Position numbers and translations under genes: made by a program. Shown here in pieces: positions 26,645-38,104 of a DNA stretch of 64,000 nt. The notes under the pieces were generated by a model. It made no database searches and was not told where the DNA came from. It was given only the letters and a program-made list of their open reading frames with translations. Each line of letters starts with the position of its first letter. The first letter of the stretch is position 1. The stretch lies in contig OX638155.1 of assembly GCA_951804945.1 (NCBI GenBank), forward strand, positions 39,990,001 to 40,054,000. The letters run 5' to 3'. This DNA comes from Podarcis cretensis. Taxonomy: Eukaryota.

Positions 26645-27768
26645 TTTTTTTCTTTTTTTAAATAATTTTTATTAACTGGCCAATCACATCAAATTAAATC
26701 ACATCATATAAATTCCGAATTACAAAGCCAAATTTTTAAATTTTGTTGGGGGAACCCATACTTCAAGATCCAAAGGGGAATTCAGATCATCTTCTTATTA
26801 CTGCGTTAATGTCCAAATCAGTCCCAATCAGTCCAAACAAAGTTCATAATTCTATCCAGTCTTATCTTGGTGTTACCACATCATATCTTGTTCGTATAAT
26901 TTCTCTTTTTCCTTTACGATCTCTTCTGTTAGTCTCCTTAAGCCGATAGCAAGTGTAATAATCCTGTGTGGATTTCCCGTTCCTCCACTAAGTCCAGATG
27001 GTTTCCATATATCTCCTTCGTAGATAACATCACTTTTTCCATCGTAAATTTTGGCATTTGTCGCTCTTAAGTCCCACCGAGGAGTTGATTCATGATATGT
27101 AAACAACTCTATTTCTCTCTTTCTCCTCCCAGACCCAAGAGCTCCCACAATGCCTCACAAAATGGCGAACGGCATTTTTTCCTGACTGCGTCACTCCAAA
27201 ACTCAGCTTTCCAGCTTCATCTTGAAACATTGCTTTGGATCGAAAGTTTATCTCCACACAGCTTTAAATCCACAGCTTAAGTCCTTAATTTCTGACTCAT
27301 TAGGGGAGGGGGATTCTTGTTAAGTCACATAAAAAGGTAGAGGCAGGTTTTTCCCCCCCTCCCCCCTCAGTCATTACCGTATCTTGACGTTCTTCTCGTA
27401 TTTTATTGTTGTCTTGTTATCAGAGATCTCTTCTGTCAGCAGTATTTACTCCCCTTTTTCCTTGATGTATGTGCAATTAATCATGTCCAAATTATTTCTT
27501 TTAAAGATCATTGCAACCAGCGGCGCGAATCGGGGACGGCGTCGAGGAGTGCCGAAAATCCCACAGGAGGGCTTTGTGCCTAGTGCCCCCACCCCCACAA
27601 ATTCGGGGGTGGTATAGGGCACAGCAGGCAAGGGCCGTCCCCCCCATAATCCTGGGGGGGGGGGTTAAGGAGGCTAATTACCCCCATCATAGCCTCCAAA
27701 TTACCTCGTGTGGGTCGGAGAGATGTTATTGTCAGCCATCTTCCGATGCGCCACCTAGTGGCCCCCCC
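26645..27768 (-). mobile_element. ~1.1 kb non-autonomous retroelement with L1-type insertion hallmarks, complete, distinct family
   Basis: 5' G-run plus CpG leader, AATAAA plus poly(A). 17-bp TSD TCAGGTATTCTCTTTTC at 26628-26644 and 27769-27785. TT|GAAAA endonuclease-type target. Confidence 0.85.
27748..27763 (-). promoter_or_regulatory. consensus CTCF core motif GGCCACTAGGTGGCGC
   Basis: Matches CCACYAGRKGGCRS; motif match only, no binding data. Confidence 0.6.
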
Positions 27769-28131
27769 TCAGGTATTCTCTTTTCAATGCTCTTTTAAGA
27801 AGGAAAGCATGGTCGGTTTTAATACGTTTTATGAAGTGTTTTCTCAGTAGTGAAGAGCAGGGACAAAGCTGAAGTTAGCCCTGTTCTTTTAAGGAAACCC
27901 TCCCTGTTTTCAAATAGCAAGTAGTCAGGGATGGAAATTGGTCTTTCAAATTTTAGTGGCAAGGCCTAAATTTGGTGTTGCCCTTTGCCTCTCACCTGCT
28001 GGTCTGCTCAGTTCACTACTTCATAGTTGTGGCACCCTGTGGCACCCCCTAGGCTCATTCCCCACTGCAGTAGAACCAGTCACGTTTCCTAAAATTTGCC
28101 TATGATGCAGTTCACTACACATGCCATAGAT

Positions 28132-28318
28132 CAGGCATGTCCAACTCCCAAGAGATTGTGATCTACTCCCACTATATAAAAAATCTGGCAGTAATCTAAC
28201 CATTGGATTGACCAAAGTTGTTGAGCTCCCCCCCCCCCTTTTGGCCGATTGACCCAGATCGACCAGGGACATTCCGCAACCAACTGGTAGATCACGATCG
28301 ACCGGTTGGACATTCCTG
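28132..28318. mobile_element. hAT (Charlie-like) MITE
   Basis: TIRs CAGGCATGTCCAAC / GTTGGACATTCCTG; 8-bp TSD CCATAGAT. Confidence 0.92.
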
Positions 28319-29577
28319 CCATAGATTATTGATTTACTCAGTGGTCATCAAGATTCTCTAGATGACTGGTTTACTCAGCATTCATCTTGATTTGCTTGCA
28401 AGAAGCTTACACAGAGGTTAGACTATGTCTTATCTTTTATGGAGCATTAATTCTGATTTGTTTGCAGAGAGATTATACACCAGTGACTATTCATCCAGAA
28501 TTGCTGGGGTGTTTACATGTTTTCCCATATGGAAACCAAAAGAAGCAATGATGGAGCAGAGTGCTTAGCCATTTCCTTCTTCTCTGCTCTGAATTAACTC
28601 CCAGTTATCTGCAAAGGAAGCTTCCCTTGTAAACATGCTTCTGTAACCACAAACTAAAACATCCACTGGGGTGTGGAGAAGGTATAACTTGAAGAAAAGA
28701 AACCCAGCCAGCATGGAAGGGGGGTAAGCAGGGGTTTGGGGGAAGTTGCAGGGCAGAAAAAACTTTTGACATTGAAGCCTCACTGTATTAAAATAATTTT
28801 ATTGCACTTTTTCTTTAAATGAACAAAAGTAGGAGCTACACACACCCACAGCCCTGTGTGTGCAAAGTTGGGGGCGGGGACACAACATATTAAAATATAC
28901 TGTTGGGAACCTGTTGGCTTGCTTTTGGAAATCTAGGTTATTTCATGGTATTTTGAATGAATGAATGAAACATTATTTGCGTCAGCCATAGCAACAAAAA
29001 GAAACCAAAACATTGTGATATACACAAAACAAAATAAAAAGTTTAGGATCCTGAATCAGCAGTCAGATAGTGGACTTTTTCTGATTGCCCCAGCTAAAAG
29101 CCTTGCAACCTTTGCTGTCATCTGTTCCTCTTGATCTGCCAGGACACTGTGGCAGTGGTTGGGTGACCTGGAATAGACAATATTTTGTATTTTGTAGTTA
29201 TACTAGAGTTGCCATGTGTCCAAAATTTCCTGGACATAGCCGGTATTCAGTTAACCTTTTTTTTTCTTTTTTTGAGATTTTACAAAAAAAGAGGTCAACA
29301 ACTTTGCCTAAAACCATTGTGTCCACATACCTATTATTAGGAGTCTCACCTTTTTCATAAAAGAAAGGCTACAGATTCAGGAGCTTTTTAGTTTGGGGAT
29401 GGGGAGCAACTAGCATGAGGGCTATGATTGCCACCCTGTGTTTCTTTGGGAGAAAGGGAAGGATTATCATCATCACCACCACCAGTATGTTGTGAAGCAG
29501 AGTTTGCTGCTACTACAACTCTGTTGAATCCTATTAAACACCTTTTTTAAACTGCACTTCATTTGTCATATACTATA

Positions 29578-29819
29578 CAGTGGTACCTCGGGTTACATAC
29601 GCTTCAGGTTACAGACGCTTCAGGTTACAGACTCCGCTAACCCAGAAATAGTACCTCAGGTTAAGAACTTTGCTTCAGGATGAGAACAGAAATCATGCGG
29701 CGGTGGAGCGGCAGCAGCAGGAGGCCCCATTAGCTAAAGTGGTGCTTCAGGTTAAGAACAGTTTCAGGTTAAGAACGAACCTCCAGAACGAATTAAGTAC
29801 TTAACCCGAGGTACCACTG
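29578..29819. mobile_element. Tigger/pogo-like MITE, same family as 10933
   Basis: Same TIRs, TA TSD, highly similar body. Confidence 0.92.
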
Positions 29820-31711
29820 TATAAACCTTATGTTTGTTAGCAATAATCTAGTAAGGATAATGCTATTACTAAGTTTATATTGACAATCCAGTTTATAGAT
29901 AAGTTTCCACTTAAGTGCATCTAAGTGTGTCTCACATGAAACAGTAGCTAAGCTTTCTTTCCACACTGAGTTCTTGTAAGGAAAAATTAAAATAATGAGA
30001 AATTGCATCTCATCTAATGAGAATTCATTAGTTTGTACATCATAGGCTAGGTTTTTGAGGGTTTTTTTCCTTCCTCGGGGGCAAATTTTTATATATATAA
30101 TCAAAGAGTTAGGAGGCATTTCATGTAATGAAGCATGAAATAATGTTGGCTCTCCTAAGATTAATTTTCCCTGCATACATTGCGGCCCATTAATGTAAAG
30201 AAACAGACGGTGCATAATGACAGAGTCATCTGTGGAAGAGGTTTCAGCTGTCACACAGGAGGGGGAAAATAAAGAGAATTTTTCTGCTGTGCTTGCCATA
30301 AATTTGGAAAATCTAACACAAGATGACTGCAGAGCTTTTATTTGATCAAAATACCAGGCAACTTGTCTTTTACCCTTAAAAGACAAAGATTTCACCCATC
30401 ACCCTGTGAAAGGAAACTAACACATGAGGAGTCTATGAGATTGCTGGTCAGGGAAACCTATTGGTGGTTGAGATGATGGCTCAATAGAATATTGTTAAGA
30501 TTCTGTCTGCCATTGGAGGCAAAGTCTCTCAGACTGAAAAAGGTATATGGATTGGTATTACTACAGTAACAAACAAATAAGTTTCCAAACTCATGAATTG
30601 GCACAATTCCTTTTGTGTCCCTTTATAAGAGATGCTCATTCACATGCTCTTTTCCTCTCTCTCCCAGCCCTCGTTGTTCCACCAAAAGCCAGTAAAAACT
30701 CTTGTTTTCCCCCTCACCCTTCTCTTTCCTGCTTATAGTCTTGCCTGCACCCAGCAACTCCCCTTACGCTCTGCAGCCTCCTTGTTTTTGGATCTTTTTG
30801 GTCACTTCTTTTTTAAAAAAAGAATGGCTATCTCCTTAATATATTAATTAATAGTATTAATTGTGTATTTGATTATATATATTTAATTAAATATATTACT
30901 TGTCTGTATGAAATAATGTTAACAATATTGCAAAATTCAATTAAGTGTGTGGCCCCGGGTTCTGTGTCAAAGTACTCTTGTGGCCCCACTTGTACTGAGA
31001 GGTTGGACTGCCCTGGGTTATACTGAGAGGCAGTGACTATCCCTGGGTCACCCAGTGAGCTTCATGGCTGAGTAGGGAACCCTCTGACCACTACAACACA
31101 CTGGTTTTCAACATAAGCCTTTCTGGAAATACCCATGTGCAAGTCTATTGAAGTTAGTGTTAGTTATGTACAATATAAGGCCAGAAAAAATCAACTTCCA
31201 GAGTTTCCTCTTTATCTATTTTCCTGACCTACATATTGCAAAATAAATTGCATGCACTGGCAAATATTCTCCAATGGAACATAATTCCCCCTTCCCAGCT
31301 GAGAAACAGTTTTAAACTATTGTTTGTTTGTTTATAGATTTCATAGGCTGCTTTTCAGGAAAACCTGACAAAATGATTTCTATAGAACATCAAATCAATG
31401 AAACAGTAAAGGCAAGATACAGGAGAGGGAAAACCTGTTTGAACGTCATATTTCTTCTCCCTCTAGGGCAGGGAAGGCAAACCTTTGGCCCTTCGGATAT
31501 TGTTAGACTCAATTTGACCAACCCCAGCTAGCAGACCCAGATGTGATAGGTACATCTGGAGAGCTACTGATTCCCCAACCCCTGCTCTTAGGGAAGGACA
31601 ATTGTTGAATAGTCTGATGGTGTCAGTTTGGAGAGGGAGAGGTCACTTCAGTTAGAACACCAGCAGTTTTATGGTGGGCAGTTCAGCAACTTCCCACTCA
31701 TTCCTGTTATA

Positions 31712-31940
31712 CAGTGGAACCTGGGATTACAGCGGGGATTTGTTTCTGAGGCCCCGCCGCAACCCGAAAATGATGCACATCAAAGTGCTGCATCTATGCA
31801 GGTGCGAAGCATAATTTAGCACTTCTGAGCATGTGCGAGTGGCGAACCTGGAAGTAACCCATTCCGGTACCTCCGGGTTTGCCGCAGACGTTCGGCGAAG
31901 CAGACGCAAATGGAGGCGGACACAGAACGAGGTTTGACTG
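31712..31940. mobile_element. Tigger-like MITE
   Basis: TA|CAGTGGAACCT ... AGGTTTGACTG|TA. Confidence 0.75.
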
Positions 31941-32714
31941 TACCTATTATTTGCTGTTGAAGCCCTTCACAGAAATAGATCCATGCTCAGGAGTATTCAG
32001 CCCTTAAGGATGAAACACGGTCACCAGAGAGTCCTCCCCACTGCTGGTTTCTGCCCCTTTTCCTCATATGGGGAAATTTCCTTGGATAGTGGGGGGGACT
32101 GGCAGATACATCAGGCTGCAGGTGAGCTCGGTATGAACTGGGCTTGAACTCTGAACAACTTTTAGTTTGAAGGGGAGACTAGATGCTGAACTCTCCCAAT
32201 TTTGAATTTGCTGATATTATAAATAACAAATCTCCAGCTTTCTACAAACACTAAGTATTCACATTCTGTCATTATTATTAACACTCTTCGTGATTTGTGA
32301 AGCAATTCATCAAGTTCATCTTTCATGAGATATTGCACTACTGTATAATAATAAATCTACCCATTTGTTTTCTTCCTCCTCAAATCCCATAAAATGTTAT
32401 TACTCCTGCTTTCTTTATGCATTTCACAGCTTGTATAACTACCCACAATACAATGCAGAACAGCTTACTTTACTCCTCTGCCCTTGCCAATCAAGGCCTT
32501 GGCTTAGTCATTCTTAGTATCTACTGTAAAGTTTGGATCTATCTAATTACTCATAGTTATCTTGGCAATGTAAAGTTAAACTTAACATCAGCTGCACTAT
32601 GATTTTGCAAAGTTTTTTGCAGATAAAGTTGCTCAGATTTGGAAAGAGATAGGTGCCACAGTGGGAGCAGGGTTGGGGCAGGAGAATGCCAGAGTCCTGT
32701 CTAGTTAAGTTGTG

Positions 32715-33320
32715 TGGGATCAGTTCCAATCTGTTGCCTCTGAGGATGTGGACAGGCTGCTTGGATGAGTGAAACCGACCACCTGTCTCCTTGATCCTTG
32801 ACTATCCTGGCTCATAAAAGCGAGCTGGGAAGGACTGGGTGATGGGCTTTGTGGGGTGGTGAATGCTTCCCTCTGTGAGGGAGCCTTCCCATACCCACTG
32901 AAAGAGGTGGTTATGAAACTGCTTCTTAAAAACTATCTTTGGACCCAGCCAATATGGCCAACTATTGCTCAGTCTCAAATCTTCCATTCCTGAGCAAGGT
33001 GATTGAGCGGATGGTCGCTGATCAGCTCCAGACATGCCTGCTGGATGCAGACCATTGGATCCTTCCCAATCAGGATTGATGATCTCCAGCAGGCAAAGGA
33101 CAAAGGTGAAAGCTCTTTCCTAGTTCTGCTGGATCTCTCAGCGGCCTTTGATACCATTGACCATGACATCCTTCTGGACTGTCTAGAGGAGCTGGGAGCT
33201 GGGGGCACTGTTATACAGTGGTTCTGCTCCTTCCTTCTGGACTGTGTCCAGAAAGTGGGGGGGGGGATGAGTGTTCAGACCCCTGGGCTCTCACTTGTGG
33301 GGTGCCTCAGGGCTCTGCCC
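32715..33320 (+). mobile_element. L2-clade LINE RT fragment
   Basis: Motifs PTTCLLDP.., DKGESSFLVLLDLSAAFDTIDHDILL...GGTVIQWFCSFL, CGVPQGS; interrupted by stops and frameshifts. Confidence 0.85.
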
Positions 33321-35236
33321 TTGCAGTGCCCCATACTACCTTTCACAATGTCCTTGATTGTCCCCAATTCTCTGGAGCTGATTAGGGAGGCTGCAGATGT
33401 GGATAGGGAATTACACAGATACATAGTGATCTGTAGGGAGATATATACAAGAGTCATGTATTTTGCGCAAGAACTTACTCATGCATCCACTATTTTCAAA
33501 GTTGCCTTCAGGGAGTGGTAATGTATTTTCTTATCCTACGGGAGCATTTTCCGAAAGTTAGCAAATAGGGCTATAATGCACCTGTGAAGCATTTTTTAAA
33601 AAAAGTATAATATTAATATTAAATGTGTACTGGATATGTGATCTGCAGTTTTGATTAAACCAATGAAGGCAAATGTATATATACATTAACAAACCAACTT
33701 TTCTACTGGGGTGGCACAGCCTACTTTCAGGTCATATTGCCATGCAATGTGTTTTATTTATTTATAACCACTCATTAGAAAAGCAATCCTTATGATTCAG
33801 ATCAGGAAAAGCCAAAGTCCTCCCCCATTCCACTCAAGAATACAGAGTGATCATTATTTCTTTTTCCTCATTATGAATGGCAGGCCAGGACATCCATGGT
33901 GGAAGAGCTCTCACACCATGCGAGTGGAGGAATATGCTTTCCTCTTCCTAAGCGTCTCCAGTGCCATGGATCAGAGGTTAGGATTGCACTTCTAACATAT
34001 TAAATGTCCCTCTAATGCCGGATATATGAAATAAACAGGAAAAACTGAACAACAATTTCTAACAGTATTTTGAATCAAGACTGATTTATCTATATTCAGA
34101 AGTCATAGATATAAATATATGCAATGGCGCTTGGATTTCAAAGAAATGTCAAAACATGAGTGATAAGCATAGATTTAACGTTTCCATTTCAGACAGAATT
34201 AATTGATTATCACAATGCCTCTGGTCTCCTTTTAAATATCCGTGTCCCAATCACTAGAATATAAATTGCCCATATAAACTTTCTACAATCTCACCTTCAA
34301 TCCCCACTTTTGAAATTAAACTATTCTATTCACACATTTCAGAAGAATGTCTGAAAGTGGTTAGATTTAAATGTAAATGAGCTGGGGCCATCATAAAATG
34401 GAATTTCATCAGAAGTTCATGAAATAGACACCTTGGAAAGTTCAGTTCAGCTGCTAAAAATGATCACACTATAGTTTTTGATAACCAGCTTAACCACCAA
34501 CATTGAAGCAGGACACAAATGGATTTTAGAAGTCAAACAGAAAACATGAAACATTCTGGTCCCAGTAAAGCATGCAGCTATGACAAAACTGTAAAGCAGG
34601 CCGTATGAAGTACAAAATGTATCTAGCATGATTACTTGCAAATGAACTGTTCCTATATCTAAATAAGATGTGTGGGCTCCAGGAGATGGGAGCTCGGAAG
34701 GACTGGTGAACTGGGAGAGCCTGCAATAGCCAGGAGACGAGAGTCAGAGGCAGGAGAAGCTGCAGGACTGGAGAGTGAAGAACAGGTGCAGGAGGAGGAA
34801 GAGACTGGTTAGACTGGTGTAGCATCAAGGGCTTCCACCCTTCCTTCTCCTGCCTCCACACATTGAGAGTCGGTGTAAAGACTCCACACATGTGCTTGCG
34901 GTCATAGGGAGGTGTCTGAAAGATGAGATGGGCGGGCACTGTGTACATGCGTATGGAGAGCCATCTCAGGCAGCCTTTCATTGTGGGAGCAACCTTATTT
35001 CTAGAGGAGCTGGGAGGGCCCTTGCGAATGCACATATACGAGTTCTTCTTGGGAAGGTTCTGGAGCCAGTGCATGCTCCCGTTACTAGATAGGCATGTTC
35101 TCTTTCTGTCTGTCTCTCCCTCTTTCCTGTCACTCCCCCTCCTCCTGGCTTTGGTGAGCGAGACTTTCCAGAGAGCTCTTCCTGCTCTCCCACCTAGCAA
35201 CCCCCAGAATTCGGCGCCCGGGTGCCCCACACCCCT

Positions 35237-35850
35237 TGTCAGTAATTTGTTCTCTCATTGCTGGATCATGTGATCCTTATTTACATTCCATACTGTGTCA
35301 TGTCCTATACAGGCTTATCAGGACAACAAATCATGCTTAGCTTTGCTTAATTCTGAAGGGTGTAAGCAAGGAACCAAATACTTGCAGATCAAGTTATGTC
35401 ATGCAAGGGATTGTATCCACAGGGAGCTCATAAATGTGTCCTATATGCCAGGAAAGGAAATTCCTGCTGATTTGCTGTCAAAAGTTGTTAACAAAGAACA
35501 ACTGAGTGTATTTGTAAATAAGCTGCAACTCTGCTAAAGTCTGCAGCAATGATGTCATGAAATGGGGGAGGATGTCAGTACTAATTCATTCTCTCATTGC
35601 TGGATCATGTGATCCTTATTTACATTCCATACTGATGGAAGTGTGGGAACGGAAACTCAGACCAGAGAACTTCCATTCTTGGTGCTCTTGTTCTTCTGCT
35701 TTTTGTTCCCTGCTCTCGAACAGAGAAGATGCATGTGTGAGACCCTGTTCACACTAGCCATGTTTTTTTGTTTTGATTTGCTGTAAATAAAGAAAAATTT
35801 GTGATGCCGCATACCTACACAGTCTCGTTTCTTGCGGAACTCTGCTAACG
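35237..35850 (+). mobile_element. internally deleted Ty1/copia element (5' LTR stub, RNase H C-terminus, PPT, 3' LTR)
   Basis: ORF 35295-35537 reads YQDNKSCL...TKYLQIK...RD...INVSYMP...PADLLSK, the copia RNase H end. PPT GAAATGGGGGAGGA at 35559-35572. LTR starts TGTCAG at 35573 with AATAAA at 35786. 46 identical bp are shared between 35250-35295 and 35589-35634. Confidence 0.85.
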
Positions 35851-37396
35851 CATGCCCACAGCTCCACTGGATGTGGGTCGCAGTCTCTTCTATACCAGGG
35901 ATGTACAGAAACACACACACACCCATGGTAAAGATGGCACTGCATGCAGGCAGAGTTGTTCCCTGCTTGCATGCAGCCCAGGTGGGGGAGATACATAAGC
36001 AGAGGCTGGAGGCGGGGCCTCGCTGTTGCTGCATTGGGTGCACACCTAGGAGTAGCTAAGAAACCCGGGATTGATAGACATGCCCTTTCCTAATTTGTAA
36101 GTGTACTTTTGACAATAAGGAGTTAATTCCTCACTATGGACAGATCTGCTGGCTAAGAATGAATGATCTCATGCTATACATTAGGCTAAATGAAATTGTC
36201 CCATTTTAGGGAGGTAGGAAGTGCTTGCAAGTGAATGCATTGGGTGGAGAACAGGTATAACTGATGGGGCTGATGACCCAGTGACTCTGATGAACCTGCA
36301 TGGGCTCCACTTCGTATCTGAAGGCAAATGGACCTCCTTACACTGCTTGTCCCCCCCCCCCCGCTACCACTGCATCCCTTTTCCCTTTTCTCTCTGCAAC
36401 AGCATACGGTATCAGTTTGTAAGCCGATTAGTTAGGTCATTGGAAACTTAGCCAGATAAACTCACTATATCGTTGGAAATTAAAATACATCTAATGCTTC
36501 TAGTCTGAATCTCTCCCCCCCACACCTTCCAACCATCTATTTAATCCAGATCAAATGATGGTAGTCATCAATTTGTTATTCTTGACATGGGAAAGCTTGT
36601 AACCCATATATGTATTTAAAGATAAGCTATGAGCTGCTATGATCGCAAATATAGTTTTAGGGAAATGTTTTTTAAAACATAGATATGAATTTCCATGTGA
36701 ATGATATATTCCTCTGCTTCCAGCCTGTCATATGAGTAGTTAAAAGTTGAAGTATATAAAACTTGCATAGGCCATGTAAAGCATTTTGATTCCTATGTTT
36801 TATATCTCTAATAAAATACAGTAAAACCACATTTTCTACAGTCATACATAATATGTTTGAAAAAACTGTAGGTTGTTTTTTAAAAGTTTCAAGTACAGTG
36901 AAGATTAGATTTGATACACATCTTTCATGCAATCAAGGCAGCTGTCTAAAAAACTTGGCAGTAGGGCTAAAGGGAAATATGATATATACCAGTCATAGAA
37001 ACTGTAGATGGAAAGGTGGAAAAGTAATAATGCGTTATTCTATCACAGTAAAGGGGTCAACACAAAAGCCTGGTGAAATAAAACCCATATTTTGTTTTTA
37101 GTATAGTCTAAAAGTTTCATGTAACTGGAGTCTCTCCATGGAACAGAGAAATACACAGTTGGTCCAAATTCAGATATAATCTTGTCTCAACATTTATCCC
37201 CAAGGCATTGTGCTCATGATCGGAAAGAGAAGGCTACACACTTCTCTATTTTTCTTTACACACTTTGGCTATTTTTCTTTCAGTGACAACAAGAAACACT
37301 GCTAAAGCTAGGGAGGAACAGTCACACTAGTTACTTATTTAAGGGTGGGAGTCTATTATCTGAGGTATATATCTCAGAGGTAGCAACTCTGATATG

Positions 37397-37460
37397 GAAT
37401 CATAGAATTGTAGAATTGGAAGAGACCCTGAGGATCATCTAGTCCAGCCTCCTGCAATGT
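37397..37460 (-). mobile_element. CR1 3'-end remnant
   Basis: GAATCATAGAATTGTAGAATTGGAAGAGACC..GATCATCTAGTCCA matches the CR1 3' end at 44224. Confidence 0.7.
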
Positions 37461-38104
37461 CCATAGGCTGGTTCTTGTGCAGAAAGCAGTGGTGTTGAAA
37501 AAGCTGGTTTAGAACTGTGTTCGTATGAATGGAGCTCCCATGACTGACTCTCTCTTTTCCTTTCCTTTGTAAATAGTTTTCTTGTCAATCACTTGATTGT
37601 TGGCGTCCAAGTGGGAATTTGAAATCAAATGTAGGTTGGACCAGCTACAGGACCAAACTTGATAAGACACCAATCACACAATTACAAGTGCTGTTGTTGT
37701 TGTTGTTGTTGTTTTAATATAAATAGCAAGCACAAGGGTGCTGATCTGAACTGGGACCCTGACACAGGATAGGGACCTTTTACCTTTTATCTTTTCCCTG
37801 GTTCTCAGTCTGGATCAAGCCCCAATACCTGCTATGTGCATAAAGGGGAAAGCTCCCATTCATGGCGTTATTTAAAAAGCTAATTGCTTGAATGGTGTCT
37901 CATTTAGTTTGGCCTTGAGGCAGCTGCCCAAGTGAGCAATTATGCATGGAACTACTACAAACATTGAGAATAATTGCTGCTCCTCCAGACCAGTGAATGC
38001 AAAGTTAGTAAGAACTTAATAAATAAATAAATGCTTGGCTTGTAAATGCTACCCCCAAACTATTTCCTTTGGCTTCTTGATTTTAGCCTGGGATGGATTT
38101 TTCC

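Noticed and set aside
29793-30395. 200-aa minus-strand ORF
   Set aside because: Non-ATG start, no recognisable domain, ends inside a MITE, and no place for it in the CCDC102B exon series.
34526-35273. Long ORFs, possible C2H2 zinc-finger remnant (HMCGVF)
   Set aside because: No complete CxxC...HxxxH pattern or TGEKP linker could be found.
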